From: an uncultured bacterium
GTDB taxonomy: Bacteria > Fermentibacterota > Fermentibacteria > Fermentibacterales > JCC-6
DNA: 64,000 nt
Assembly: GCA_964553045.1 (NCBI GenBank)
Contig: CAZKJG010000003.1
Span: 81,829 to 145,828 of the forward strand
Direction of reading: 5' to 3'
Part shown: positions 1 through 9,655 of the stretch, piece by piece
Layout of the letters: each line of letters opens with the position of its first letter
How positions within the stretch are numbered: the first letter of the stretch is position 1
Program-made: the position numbers and the translations under genes
The notes under the pieces: generated by a model
What the model was told of the DNA's origin: nothing
Seen by the model: only the letters and a program-made list of their open reading frames with translations
The model's database searches: none

Positions 1-600
1 GTGAACTACCAGGTTCCCTGCGACGTCTCCACCGGCCGAGACTACTACGCCAACCCCAGGAGCGAGTTCTTCCAGCCCCTGGAGGACGGCCGAATTGCGT
101 TCTTCTTCGTCGACCAGGATGGCCTCGATGCCTACATGGACGACCAGCCCTTCGAGGCCTGCGAGGTTGCCGAGTATTCCGGCTCGGGATACAGCGAGTT
201 CGTTATTCCCCACGACAGGAACTACTACACCGTCTTCTCCGGCCGCAACTACCAGGGCCTCGCCTCCTGGGTAGAGGCCGACATCACCCTCTGGGAGCAT
301 GACGGTACAGCCGTGGAGGGGGGACGGATGGACTACGTACTGGGCATCTCCGCCACCCCCAACCCCATGGCCGCAAGCGGTACACTGGATCTGGTGGTCC
401 CCTCGGCCGGCCTATGCACCCTTCGGATCTACGACCTGGCCGGCCGGGTTGTGGCCGAGCCCCTGACCTCGGAGCTGGCTCCGGGAAGACACTCCGTCGG
501 CCTGGATGTCCGGGAACTGGGCCTGGCCGGGGGCGTCTACCTCGCTCGGCTGCGGACGCCGGATGGAACGGCCGTCCGCAAGCTGGTCGTGGTGAGATAG
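1..600 (+). CDS. Secreted protein, 5'-truncated by the window edge, with C-terminal T9SS type A/FlgD-like Ig domain
   Basis: Open frame from base 1 to TAG at 598-600. C-terminus ATPNPMAASG...LRIYDLAGRVV...GVYLARL...RKLVVVR is the typical sorting-domain pattern. Confidence 0.75.
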   Translation: MNYQVPCDVSTGRDYYANPRSEFFQPLEDGRIAFFFVDQDGLDAYMDDQPFEACEVAEYSGSGYSEFVIPHDRNYYTVFSGRNYQGLASWVEADITLWEHDGTAVEGGRMDYVLGISATPNPMAASGTLDLVVPSAGLCTLRIYDLAGRVVAEPLTSELAPGRHSVGLDVRELGLAGGVYLARLRTPDGTAVRKLVVVR

Positions 601-602
601 CC

Positions 603-1847
603 GTGCGGAGCGCGTCGGCAGCATCGATTCTGGCCTGCCTGCTTGCGGCGACCGCCGTCTCGGCCGCCGACTACCCCGACAGCCTGGTGGCCACCGTGAG
701 CCTGGGATCCTCCAGTGGTCCGGTGGGCGTATGCGCCGCTCCGGACGGCGGCCACGCCTATGCAGCCGGGGAGTTCGGAATCATCAGCGCGGTAGAGACG
801 GCGGGCTACACCGTTTCGGGGACCTGCTACATAGGCTCCGAGCTGGGCGACATCTGCATAACCCCCGACGGACAGCACCTCCTGGCCTGCAACGTGGAGG
901 AGAACGCCGTGGAGGTGATAGCCGTGGAGGGTATGCAGCACCTGCACACCGTGGAGGTGGGGGCCGATCCGACGGCGATAGAGGCGATGCCCGACGGGGA
1001 GCGGGTCCTGGTTTCCTGCAACCTATTCCAGATATGGGTGATAGGTACCGATGGCTGGACGGTGGAGGAGACGGTATCAGTGGGAAGCTCCCCGAGGGGC
1101 ATCTGCGCCATGCCGGGCGGCGAGCTGGCCTGCGTGGCCAGGTCGGACTCCTACAACGCCGCGGTCCTGCACCTGGATGGGTACGGGACCGATGATCTCT
1201 TCACCGGCGCCGACACCTGGGACGTCTGCCCCTCGCCGGAAGGCTCCGTGGCCTACTTCACCGTACCCGAATGGGACATGATCAAGGCAGTTGACGTGCA
1301 GACCGGACAGGTGACTGCCGAGGTCTTCGATGTGGGAGAGGAGCCCCTGGACATCTGCGCCCTTCCCAACGGCCAGCACCTCTACTCATCCTCCAGCGGG
1401 ACCGGGGAGGTATTCGTGGTGGACGCCATGCAGGGTACGGTCGTGGACTCGATACTGACCGGCAGCAATCCCCTGGGAATATCCCCCCATCCCGCCGGCA
1501 CGGAGGTCTACGTGGTTGACAACTTCCTGGGTGAGCTGGCGGTAATCGGAGGGGGACCCTCCGGAGTCGAGGCCGGTGGGGACCTTACGGGCATCACGCT
1601 CTGCGCCAGCGGCCGGAACCCCTGCACAGGGCTGGCCGAGCTGGAGCTGGGCCTGCCGCAGCCGTCGGAGGTATCGGTGACCGTCTTCGACCTCTCCGGA
1701 CGGCCGGTTGCGCGGCTTCGGCCGGGACAGCTTTCGTCGGGAACCCACCGCCTGCAGCTGGAGCTTTCGGCTGCGGGTGTTTTCCTCTGCAGGGCCGAGG
1801 CCGCCTGCGGCAGCGCTTGCGCCAGGCTGGTAAACCTCGGGAGATAG
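603..1847 (+). CDS. YncE/YVTN-type beta-propeller protein with signal peptide and T9SS-like C-terminal domain
   Basis: Probable GTG start at 603, 3 nt after the upstream stop and in frame with ORF 414..1847. Hydrophobic signal ILACLLAATAVSA; repeated V-G-x-x-P-x-G/D-I-x-x-x-P-x-G units; C-terminal VFDLSGRPV...GVFL..RLVNL. Confidence 0.75.
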   Translation: MRSASAASILACLLAATAVSAADYPDSLVATVSLGSSSGPVGVCAAPDGGHAYAAGEFGIISAVETAGYTVSGTCYIGSELGDICITPDGQHLLACNVEENAVEVIAVEGMQHLHTVEVGADPTAIEAMPDGERVLVSCNLFQIWVIGTDGWTVEETVSVGSSPRGICAMPGGELACVARSDSYNAAVLHLDGYGTDDLFTGADTWDVCPSPEGSVAYFTVPEWDMIKAVDVQTGQVTAEVFDVGEEPLDICALPNGQHLYSSSSGTGEVFVVDAMQGTVVDSILTGSNPLGISPHPAGTEVYVVDNFLGELAVIGGGPSGVEAGGDLTGITLCASGRNPCTGLAELELGLPQPSEVSVTVFDLSGRPVARLRPGQLSSGTHRLQLELSAAGVFLCRAEAACGSACARLVNLGR

Positions 1848-1849
1848 GC

Positions 1850-2632
1850 CTACAGGACCACGGCCAGGACGGCGGCTGCCGCCACGGCAGCCGCCGCACC
1901 CCACGAAACCAGGCGCACCCGCCGTTTCTGGCCGGCCCACAGCCAGTCCATCATCTCATCGAGGCGGGTCCTGTAGACCGCGGTGTGGGAATCGGTGTCC
2001 AGCAGGTCGGTGACGTCCAGGTTGACCAGCTTTCCCGGCGCAGACGCGGGCTTCACACCGGCCCTTCCCGCAGCCCTTCCGGGCGAGAGGCGCAGCAGCT
2101 CCCCCACGAGGTAGCGGGTCCCCAGAGCCCGGTCCCTCCGGTTTACGACGTTCACCAGCGCCCCCGAGAGGCGGGAGGCTGCGGTGGCCCAGTCCTCGTC
2201 ACGGTCCGCGTGGATGGCGCCGGCCAGCAGCACCGCGTCCCTCAAAGGCATGCCGTGGTCGGCCTTCAGGGCCAGCAGACCGCTGAAGATGACCTTGGCG
2301 CCCAGTGAGTGCCCCAGGAGCGTAATACCGCCCGAACCGCCGAACCCGCGCAGCAGCTGGGGCAGAACGCGGCCCGCCCGCTCGGCCGTGCGGTTGGCCC
2401 TGGCCCACTCTATGGCGTCCCAGAGGGTACTGAACCGTTCATGGGTGCAGCATGAGTCCCACCACAGCCAGTGCACGGACCCCCGCCACCCGGCGCTGCG
2501 GAAGGCCCTGACCCACTGGGAGAGCTTCTCCTGCCGGTAGTCACTAGTGTGGAAACCCGAGACGAAGAGCAGTCTCTGCCGGCTGCCGCGGGTGGCGGAG
2601 ATCCTTCTCACGAAGGGCGCGTCATCCGTCAT
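1850..2632 (-). CDS. DUF726/TMCO4-like alpha/beta-hydrolase-fold protein with C-terminal hydrophobic anchor
   Basis: GHSLG nucleophile elbow, DAVLLAGA and LVNVVNRRDRAL segments; C-terminal AAAAVAAAAVLAVVL. Confidence 0.6.
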   Translation of the reverse strand: MTDDAPFVRRISATRGSRQRLLFVSGFHTSDYRQEKLSQWVRAFRSAGWRGSVHWLWWDSCCTHERFSTLWDAIEWARANRTAERAGRVLPQLLRGFGGSGGITLLGHSLGAKVIFSGLLALKADHGMPLRDAVLLAGAIHADRDEDWATAASRLSGALVNVVNRRDRALGTRYLVGELLRLSPGRAAGRAGVKPASAPGKLVNLDVTDLLDTDSHTAVYRTRLDEMMDWLWAGQKRRVRLVSWGAAAAVAAAAVLAVVL

Positions 2633-3716
2633 CTGGGGCTTCCCGGTGCCCGGCTGCCCTGTCGGAGGCGTAGCGGCCCAGCACGTGAAGGAAGATCGCC
2701 GCGCCGACGCCGGCGGGGAGGTACAGAAAGAAGAGCCGCTGAAGCGCCGTGAACACGCCCATCCTGGCCATGGGGACCATTCGGGCCATCAGGGCCCCCG
2801 TGGTGAGCTCGGCAATGCCGCTTCCGCCGGGGCTGGGGGAGAAGTAGAGGATGAAGACTATCAGAGCCTGTATGGCAAGCACCTCCAGCACGCTGCCTTC
2901 GATGCCCAGCCCCTTCATCACCAGCCAGGCGAGCAGGAACTTGTTGAAGTAGAGGACGGCCGTCAGCCCGAAGCTCTGCAGGAATATCAGCGGCTTGCGG
3001 CGCAGGAAGAGCTGGCAGGCCTCCTGGAACTCGCTCAGCTCTTCCAGCAGCCTGCTCGAGACCCTTCGAATGAAACCGGAGGCGAAGCGGAGCCGGCGGG
3101 CCAGCCAGAGCGAGAAGCGCCGCAGCAGGTTTTCCACCTTCTCCGGCTTCCACAGGAAGAACAGGAACACGACCAGCTGAAGGGTGAACAGCCCGAATGC
3201 AACGGCCACCAGGGTGAGCACCGTGCCGCTGCCGATTCCGCTGAGCACCCGCAGGCCGAAGACGGCGGCTATGATGAAGAAGATCACAGTTGCCAGGTAG
3301 TTGACCACGATGATGGAAAGGCCCTCGCCGATGGAAAGGCCGTTTCGGTAGTAGACGAATACCTGGGCCGGGCTTCCTCCGGTATGCGAAGGGGTCATCG
3401 CACCCATGAAGACGTTGGACAGGTTGGCGCGAAAGCTGGTCCAGTAGCTCATCTCAGGGCGGATCTCCCGAATGAATACGTGGTTTCGAAGGCCGCCGAG
3501 CAGCATGTCCAAGAGCGAGAATCCAAGGGTGAGTGCCAGGAACTCCGGACGGAGCCTGCCCAGGTGTCTTACCTGATCGGTTGATGCGGAGCGGAGAAAC
3601 AGCAGCGTGAAGCCGATGGCGGACAGCACCAGAAACAGCACCAGACCCCTGATTATGCGCGAGCTGTCCAGTATTCCCGAGAAGCGCTGGCCGGAGCTTT
3701 CGGGGCCTCTGGACAC
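2622..3716 (-). CDS. Lysylphosphatidylglycerol synthase TM-domain (UPF0104, flippase-like) membrane protein
   Basis: Multiple TM segments; motifs TPSHTGGSP and SPSPGGSGIAE typical of this family. Confidence 0.75.
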   Translation of the reverse strand: MSRGPESSGQRFSGILDSSRIIRGLVLFLVLSAIGFTLLFLRSASTDQVRHLGRLRPEFLALTLGFSLLDMLLGGLRNHVFIREIRPEMSYWTSFRANLSNVFMGAMTPSHTGGSPAQVFVYYRNGLSIGEGLSIIVVNYLATVIFFIIAAVFGLRVLSGIGSGTVLTLVAVAFGLFTLQLVVFLFFLWKPEKVENLLRRFSLWLARRLRFASGFIRRVSSRLLEELSEFQEACQLFLRRKPLIFLQSFGLTAVLYFNKFLLAWLVMKGLGIEGSVLEVLAIQALIVFILYFSPSPGGSGIAELTTGALMARMVPMARMGVFTALQRLFFLYLPAGVGAAIFLHVLGRYASDRAAGHREAPDDG

Positions 3717-3825
3717 GGCGCTCCTTTCACGGGGTTGCCATCGAGGCGTTTTACGACGATCAATCTAACATACTGCAGGCATTTTCGGAACACCCTCGTG
3801 CCCTTAGCGGCAGCGGGTCGAATCG

Positions 3826-6609
3826 ATGGAACGGAGTTCGATGGCCACATCCGACGACGGCCAGGCAGGTCGCCGAAAACCGGGCAACCAGGCCCTGGTC
3901 TGGATTGTCCGCACCGAAGACATGGTCCTGAGGATCGATAAGAGCTGGACCAATCCGGGAATTGAGATACCCCCGGAATGGACCGGCCCCCTGGACCAAC
4001 GGCTGGAGCTGGTCCATCCGGAAGACCGCCCCGAGGCCAGAAGGCAGATAGAGGCCCTGATCTCCGGCGAAGAGGCCACCATGAACCTGGAGATACGGAT
4101 CAGGGCCGGAGAAGACTACATCTGGTCGCTGGTTCGAGGCTCACCGTCCTCCCGGGACGAAGAGGGCCGCTTGACGGAGATCTCGGGCATATGGATGGAC
4201 ATAGATGACCTGAAGGCGGCGGAGGAGGAGCTGGCCTCCAGCGAGCACAGGTTCCGCACCTTCACCGACCTTTCCCCGGTGGCCATCATGATTCATCGTG
4301 GCGGCGTATGGAGATACGTCAACCGGGCGGCCTCGAGAATGACCGGCTACCGGGAGTCGGAGCTCATCGGGTCGCCTTTCTGGCAGATAGTCCACCCGGC
4401 CGACCGGGAGATGGTGAAGATCCGGGGCATGGCCAGGAGCCGGGGCGGGCACCCACCCTCGTCATACCAGGTTCGAATAGTAACCAGGGATGGTAGCACC
4501 AGGTGGGCCGACCTGCGGGCACAGGCCCTGGAGCCCGAGCAGGGCGAGACCCCGATTCTGGTCTCGGCACAGGACATCACCGGCCGCAAGCGGGTGGAGC
4601 TGAGCCGCGAGGTGCTGCTGGAGATAGCCCGCAAGGCGCATGCCCTGGAGAGCGTGCAGGACCTGTACCCGGCGATTCAGAAGGCCCTGGGAAGCCTCTT
4701 CGACACCACGAACATGCTCATAGTGCTGCATGACCGGGGCGAGGACATGCTGACCATGGCCTACGCCTCCGACGAAAAGGACATATACACCAGCTTCCCT
4801 GCCGGCAAGACGCTTACAGCGTATGTGATAAGGACCGACAAGCCAATTCTGGTGGACAGCTCCGACATGAACGAGATGGTGCGCAAGGGCCTCATCGAGA
4901 TAATCGGCACGCCCAGCCGGATCTGGATGGCTGCGCCTCTGCGGGCCATGGGGGTCACCAAAGGCGCCATAGTTGTCCAGAGCTACGAGGATCCGAAGGC
5001 GTACGACCGCGATGACCTGGAGGTTCTCACCTTTGTGGCCGACCAGATAGGGCTGTTCATCGACCGGGCCCGAATGGTGGAATCCCTGCGGGAGAGCGAG
5101 GAGCTGTTCCGGGCCGTCTTCGAGACCGCCCGGGATTCGATCTTCGTAAAGGACGACCGGCTGCGCTACATCCGCGTCAACCACGCGATGGAGGAGCTTT
5201 TCGGCCTATCCCGAAAGGACATATTGGGGCGGACGGAGAGCGAGCTGTTCGGCCCCGAGGTGGGCGGACTGTCGGAGGAGTCCGACGCCAGGGTCCTGCA
5301 GGGTCAGGTGGTGGAAGAGCTTCCGGAGAAACCGGTTCGGGGTGTGAGTCACGTCTTCCATACGGTCAAGGTTCCCCTGAGGAGCGCATCCGGGAGGATA
5401 ACCGGCCTCTGCGGCATCGCCAGGGACATCACCGACCGCCGTCGCGCCGAAGAGGAGAGGAAGCGGCTGGAGCAGCAGGTACTGGAGGCTCAGAAGATGG
5501 AGAGTCTGGGCATCATGGCCGGGGGCATCGCCCACGACTTCAACAACATCCTGGTGGCCATCCTGGGAAACGCGGAGATGGCGCTGGAGAGCGGGGGCAT
5601 AGCAAGGCCCGCAGCCGACCGCCTGGAGAAGATCAGGAACGCCGCCCTCAGGGCCTCGCAGCTCGCCCGGCAGATGCTTGCGTATGCCGGAAGGGCCAGC
5701 TTTCAGGTAGAGGTGCTGGACCTCAGCAGCCTGGTGAGGGAGCTCTTCGACATCATGCGGGCGTCCATTCCGCGGAGGATTGAGATCGAGTGCCAGGTTC
5801 CGCCCCACCCTGTGTTCGTCCAGGGGGACGCGGTTCAGATCCGGCAGGTGGCCATGAACCTGATAACAAACGCGGCGGAGGCCATTGAGGGCCCGGGAAA
5901 CATCACGGTGTCGGTCTCGGAATCCGACCGGGAAGGCCTGGAGCCGTTGGGTACCCTGCCGGACACCGAGCAGGGGTACGCCCTGATGAAGGTGGAGGAC
6001 GACGGCTGCGGAATGGAGTCGGGTATGGTCGAGCGGATCTTCGACCCCTTCTTCTCCACCAAGTTCAGCGGCAGCGGTCTGGGTCTGTCGGCCGTTCTGG
6101 GCATCATGCGCTCTCACGAGGGAACCATACTGGTGGAGACCGAGGAGGGGCGGGGCACGTGCTTCACTGCGGTCTTCCCCAAGCTCCCCGGCGACGTTGG
6201 GAAGCGTCGGACCGGCAAGGATAGCGCCCCCGGAGGCTCCAGCATGCCCGAGCGGGTGCTGGTGGTTGACGACGAGAGGATGGTCAGAGAGGTGACCAAG
6301 GGGATACTGGAGGGCCTGGGCTGCCGCGTGATGGCCGTGGAGAGCGGCGAGAAAGCCTTGGAGGAGCTGTCGAATGCCGGCGAGGACCTGGGCCTCGTCA
6401 TGCTGGACATGACCATGCCCGGAATGGACGGGGAGGAGACCTTCCGGCACATCCGGAAAATATCCCCCGAGCTTCCGGTTGTCGTGTTCAGCGGTTACAG
6501 CAGGGAGGATCTGCGGCGACGCTTCCGCGGCCACGGCGGCGTAACCTTCCTGCAGAAGCCCTTCACCATCGACACCCTGAAGGCGGCCCTCAACGAGGTT
6601 ACCTCCTAG
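3826..6609 (+). CDS. Hybrid sensor histidine kinase (PAS-PAS-GAF-PAS-HisKA-HATPase-REC), CckA-like
   Basis: PAS motifs (VHPEDR, VHPADR), AHDFNNIL H-box, NLITNAAEA N-box, FDPFFSTK..GSGLGL, receiver VLVVDDE...DMTMPGMDG. Confidence 0.92.
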   Translation: MERSSMATSDDGQAGRRKPGNQALVWIVRTEDMVLRIDKSWTNPGIEIPPEWTGPLDQRLELVHPEDRPEARRQIEALISGEEATMNLEIRIRAGEDYIWSLVRGSPSSRDEEGRLTEISGIWMDIDDLKAAEEELASSEHRFRTFTDLSPVAIMIHRGGVWRYVNRAASRMTGYRESELIGSPFWQIVHPADREMVKIRGMARSRGGHPPSSYQVRIVTRDGSTRWADLRAQALEPEQGETPILVSAQDITGRKRVELSREVLLEIARKAHALESVQDLYPAIQKALGSLFDTTNMLIVLHDRGEDMLTMAYASDEKDIYTSFPAGKTLTAYVIRTDKPILVDSSDMNEMVRKGLIEIIGTPSRIWMAAPLRAMGVTKGAIVVQSYEDPKAYDRDDLEVLTFVADQIGLFIDRARMVESLRESEELFRAVFETARDSIFVKDDRLRYIRVNHAMEELFGLSRKDILGRTESELFGPEVGGLSEESDARVLQGQVVEELPEKPVRGVSHVFHTVKVPLRSASGRITGLCGIARDITDRRRAEEERKRLEQQVLEAQKMESLGIMAGGIAHDFNNILVAILGNAEMALESGGIARPAADRLEKIRNAALRASQLARQMLAYAGRASFQVEVLDLSSLVRELFDIMRASIPRRIEIECQVPPHPVFVQGDAVQIRQVAMNLITNAAEAIEGPGNITVSVSESDREGLEPLGTLPDTEQGYALMKVEDDGCGMESGMVERIFDPFFSTKFSGSGLGLSAVLGIMRSHEGTILVETEEGRGTCFTAVFPKLPGDVGKRRTGKDSAPGGSSMPERVLVVDDERMVREVTKGILEGLGCRVMAVESGEKALEELSNAGEDLGLVMLDMTMPGMDGEETFRHIRKISPELPVVVFSGYSREDLRRRFRGHGGVTFLQKPFTIDTLKAALNEVTS

Positions 6610-6624
6610 GCGACGGTCCCCAGA

Positions 6625-7128
6625 TCAGATCTCGGGCCAGAACCTGTTCTCGAACCAGATATCCTCCTGCAGGCTCCGGTCCATGTCCGCCAGCATCTCG
6701 AGGTGGCCGTGCTCCCAGCGGGCCAGCCAGTCGTAGAGCTCCCTCTCCACGTCGGATTCCGCCTGATCGCGCTTCTGGCCGTAATAGGTCTCGGCCTCCT
6801 TCTCCAGCGCCATGGCCGCGGATATGGCGGCTGCCTCGTAACCGGCGGCTTCGATCTCCTGCCTCACCCGGTCGGCCAGGAGGGTCTCGGAGCTGTGCTT
6901 CGTTATGTCGCCCATCTCGCTGATGGCCGCCAGCCTGCCTTCCCGGACAAGCGCGGAGTAATGCTTCTCCAGAACCTCCTCGTGTCGCTTCTCCTCGTCG
7001 GCCATAGTGGCGAAAACCTCGGAGACGGCATCGCTGCCCGACCCCTCGGCTACCTTGCGGTAGAATGCCTGTCCGCGCTTCTCCAGCAGTATGGCTCCCT
7101 TTATCGCGTCGATTGCCCTGTTGCTCAT
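6625..7128 (-). CDS. Ferritin-like/rubrerythrin-family di-iron protein
   Basis: Probable start MSNRAIDAIK (7128; alternative ATG 7140). Paired E..E-x-x-H motifs (LEKRG..DEEKRHEE; LEKEAE..WEHGHLE). Confidence 0.8.
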   Translation of the reverse strand: MSNRAIDAIKGAILLEKRGQAFYRKVAEGSGSDAVSEVFATMADEEKRHEEVLEKHYSALVREGRLAAISEMGDITKHSSETLLADRVRQEIEAAGYEAAAISAAMALEKEAETYYGQKRDQAESDVERELYDWLARWEHGHLEMLADMDRSLQEDIWFENRFWPEI

Positions 7129-7157
7129 CCCATCTCCCATCTGCGTTGACCGAGGCC

Positions 7158-9635
7158 CTATCTCAGCAGAGTGAACCTCTCGGCCCACCGGTCGGTTCCC
7201 CGGCTGACCCGAACCGCGTACACGCCGCTGGGCCGGCCGGACATGTCTACGGACAGGTTGGCTCCGTCCATCTCCCAGGTGCTCCCGGCCACCAGCCTGC
7301 CGGACACGTCGTAGACCCTCACGTCGGCGGCTGTGCCGGGCGAAGCCTCCGCACCGAGCACCAGACTGCCGCGAACCGGGTTGGAGACCAGCCGGGGGCT
7401 GAGCGGGGCCGCTCCCGCCTCCCACCCCTCGATGCCGGTCCCTTCCCATTGCTCGAACCAGATATCCCAGTCTCCGGAGCCTCCAGTGCCCGACCAGGCG
7501 ATGCCGGCCTGCGACGGAGCCGGAAGCCACGCCGGGCCGGACGGAGTCACAGGCTGCTGCGGGACCGACCATGAGGATCCGTCGAAGGTGGAAATCCAGA
7601 TGGTGGCGTCGGAGCCGAATCCCCGTTGCCACAGCACCGCTGGAGCGCCTCCGGGGCCGGCCCCCGCCGAGGGGGCCATCAGGCCGTCGTCCGCCGACTG
7701 GGCGAGTACCTGCTCGTCCCCCCAGGAAGACCCGTCGTACATCCGGGTCACGATGGATGACTGATCCCCGCTTTGCTGCCAGGCCGCCACCAGCCCGTCC
7801 CCCAACGCGCTGATGGTGGGGGCGCGACAGAACTGGCCGGAGGAGATCTGGACGGGCGAGGAGAAGCCGGTCTCGTCACCGCGGCTGCACAGTATGCTTC
7901 CCCCATCCGGTGACTGGGAGGCCCAGACCACGAAGACCTCCCCGTCCAGGACGGCGACGTCCGGGGTGATATCCTGGCTTCCCTGGGCGCTCAGATAGGT
8001 CTCGGGGAATCCACCGTCCAGCCTCTTGATCATCACGTCGCCCTCGCCACGCCGCCAGATCTGCCAGGTCAGCCACATTCCATCCGCCCAGGCCAGAGCC
8101 GGGTCAACGTCGTAGCCGGAGGCCGAGGCGGCAACGGAGACGTCGCCGAATCCATCCCCGGTGGCCACCTTGATGTTGTAGCCGTAGCTGGCGTAGTCGA
8201 AATCGCCCCAGGCAATCCAGGGATCGCCGCTGCCGTCGAACGCCACGTCGGGTGTCACGTCCCAGTACTCGTCGGCGTCAACCGTATAGACCTGGCTCCA
8301 GCTGTCGCCGTCGTAGCAGCGCGACTGCAGGTCGAGCCTGCCGTTGGCACCGGTCAGCCAGGCCACGCAGGTCAGGTCGCCTTCGGTGGCTGCGGCCGGG
8401 TAGCAGTCGGATTCCCCGCTTGTGGAGACGACGTCGTAGTCGGCCCCGGCTCCCCCTGCTCCGGGCATTCGGGAGGAAGAAAGCCCCCTGCCGCTCAACG
8501 GCCGCAGTGTGGGATCGCCCAGAAGCACGCAGCCGTAATGCCAGTTCTCGTCGTAGATTCCCACGTTGGTAAACCACTCGCGGAAGGCCTCTCCGGGGGT
8601 GGCGCCCTCTCCGATGGGGCTGTAGAACTGCTCGAACTCCAGCATGGAACCGGTCTTGGTTGCCCCTATGGCCAGCAGACCGGAATCGGTGCCGAAGAGG
8701 TACCAGTTGCCCAGGCAGGAAGGCTCGGTCCACCTGCAGTTGGAGCAGGCGAACAGCTGCACAAAGGCGGTCTGGGGATTGATCTGCGATATCTCCGGGG
8801 CCATGACGGTCCCCGAGTAGCCGCCGGGTATCTTGAAGGTATGGCCCCAGGGCGAGGAGTGGGACATCAGATGGACGAACTCGTAGCCGTAACCGAGCCT
8901 GTCCCTGTAGTAGTCGTCAGTTGTCTGCGACTCGTCCTGGTAGAGATCCAGGTTGGAGTATATGGCGTCCAGGCCGCAATCTCCGGAGTAGCTCCAGTCG
9001 TCGTCGTTGAACACCAGGGCCCTGTCCGGAAGGGCCATGGAGCCCGTTCTGTACAGATGGTTGGCGGTGAGGTAGTCCCGAAGCTGGTCGACCTCTGACC
9101 CCATCTCCATGGCGTGGGCGTCTATCCTGCCCACCCAGATCTCCGGGGCCCGGTCGCCGGAATGGCCGTCGTACTTGCCGTCGCCGTCCGCGTCGGTCCA
9201 CGTTCCGTCGGTGTCCATCAGGAACAGGTCCAGCGGGTACTCCTCGTGGGCCGAGCCCCAGTCGCTCTCGTACCAGGCCTCCGGCAGATGTCCTATCAGG
9301 ATGGCTCCGGCCAGTTCGGGATGGTCTCCCAGCCAGTCCCTGAGATCCTCCGCCGTGCCCCCGGTCATTACCTCCGTGATGACATTGTAGCCTTCGGATT
9401 CGAGATCCGAGGCCAGCTGGGCCAGCTCCGGGGCCAGCGGGGTCTCCATGCCGGAGGCCACCACCAGCGCCACGTCCGAGTCGCCCCTGTCGCACAGACT
9501 GGCGGACAGGGTATAAAATCCCGGACTTCGGGACTCCAGCGGCGAGCGCTCGACCTGCGCCCTGGGCATCGGTGCCGGGCCGGTGGGTACTGTGGCGGGC
9601 GCCATGAGCAGGGCGGACAGCAGCAGCGGGATCAT
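7158..9635 (-). CDS. C25 (gingipain-like) cysteine peptidase domain protein with signal peptide and T9SS-like C-terminal domain
   Basis: Signal peptide; PEIWVGRI, HLMSHS (His) and LFACSN (Cys), LLGDP motifs; C-terminal VYDVSGRLV...GVYAVRV...RFTLLR. Confidence 0.75.
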   Translation of the reverse strand: MIPLLLSALLMAPATVPTGPAPMPRAQVERSPLESRSPGFYTLSASLCDRGDSDVALVVASGMETPLAPELAQLASDLESEGYNVITEVMTGGTAEDLRDWLGDHPELAGAILIGHLPEAWYESDWGSAHEEYPLDLFLMDTDGTWTDADGDGKYDGHSGDRAPEIWVGRIDAHAMEMGSEVDQLRDYLTANHLYRTGSMALPDRALVFNDDDWSYSGDCGLDAIYSNLDLYQDESQTTDDYYRDRLGYGYEFVHLMSHSSPWGHTFKIPGGYSGTVMAPEISQINPQTAFVQLFACSNCRWTEPSCLGNWYLFGTDSGLLAIGATKTGSMLEFEQFYSPIGEGATPGEAFREWFTNVGIYDENWHYGCVLLGDPTLRPLSGRGLSSSRMPGAGGAGADYDVVSTSGESDCYPAAATEGDLTCVAWLTGANGRLDLQSRCYDGDSWSQVYTVDADEYWDVTPDVAFDGSGDPWIAWGDFDYASYGYNIKVATGDGFGDVSVAASASGYDVDPALAWADGMWLTWQIWRRGEGDVMIKRLDGGFPETYLSAQGSQDITPDVAVLDGEVFVVWASQSPDGGSILCSRGDETGFSSPVQISSGQFCRAPTISALGDGLVAAWQQSGDQSSIVTRMYDGSSWGDEQVLAQSADDGLMAPSAGAGPGGAPAVLWQRGFGSDATIWISTFDGSSWSVPQQPVTPSGPAWLPAPSQAGIAWSGTGGSGDWDIWFEQWEGTGIEGWEAGAAPLSPRLVSNPVRGSLVLGAEASPGTAADVRVYDVSGRLVAGSTWEMDGANLSVDMSGRPSGVYAVRVSRGTDRWAERFTLLR

Positions 9636-9655
9636 TGCGTTTCCTTTCCTCTCCT

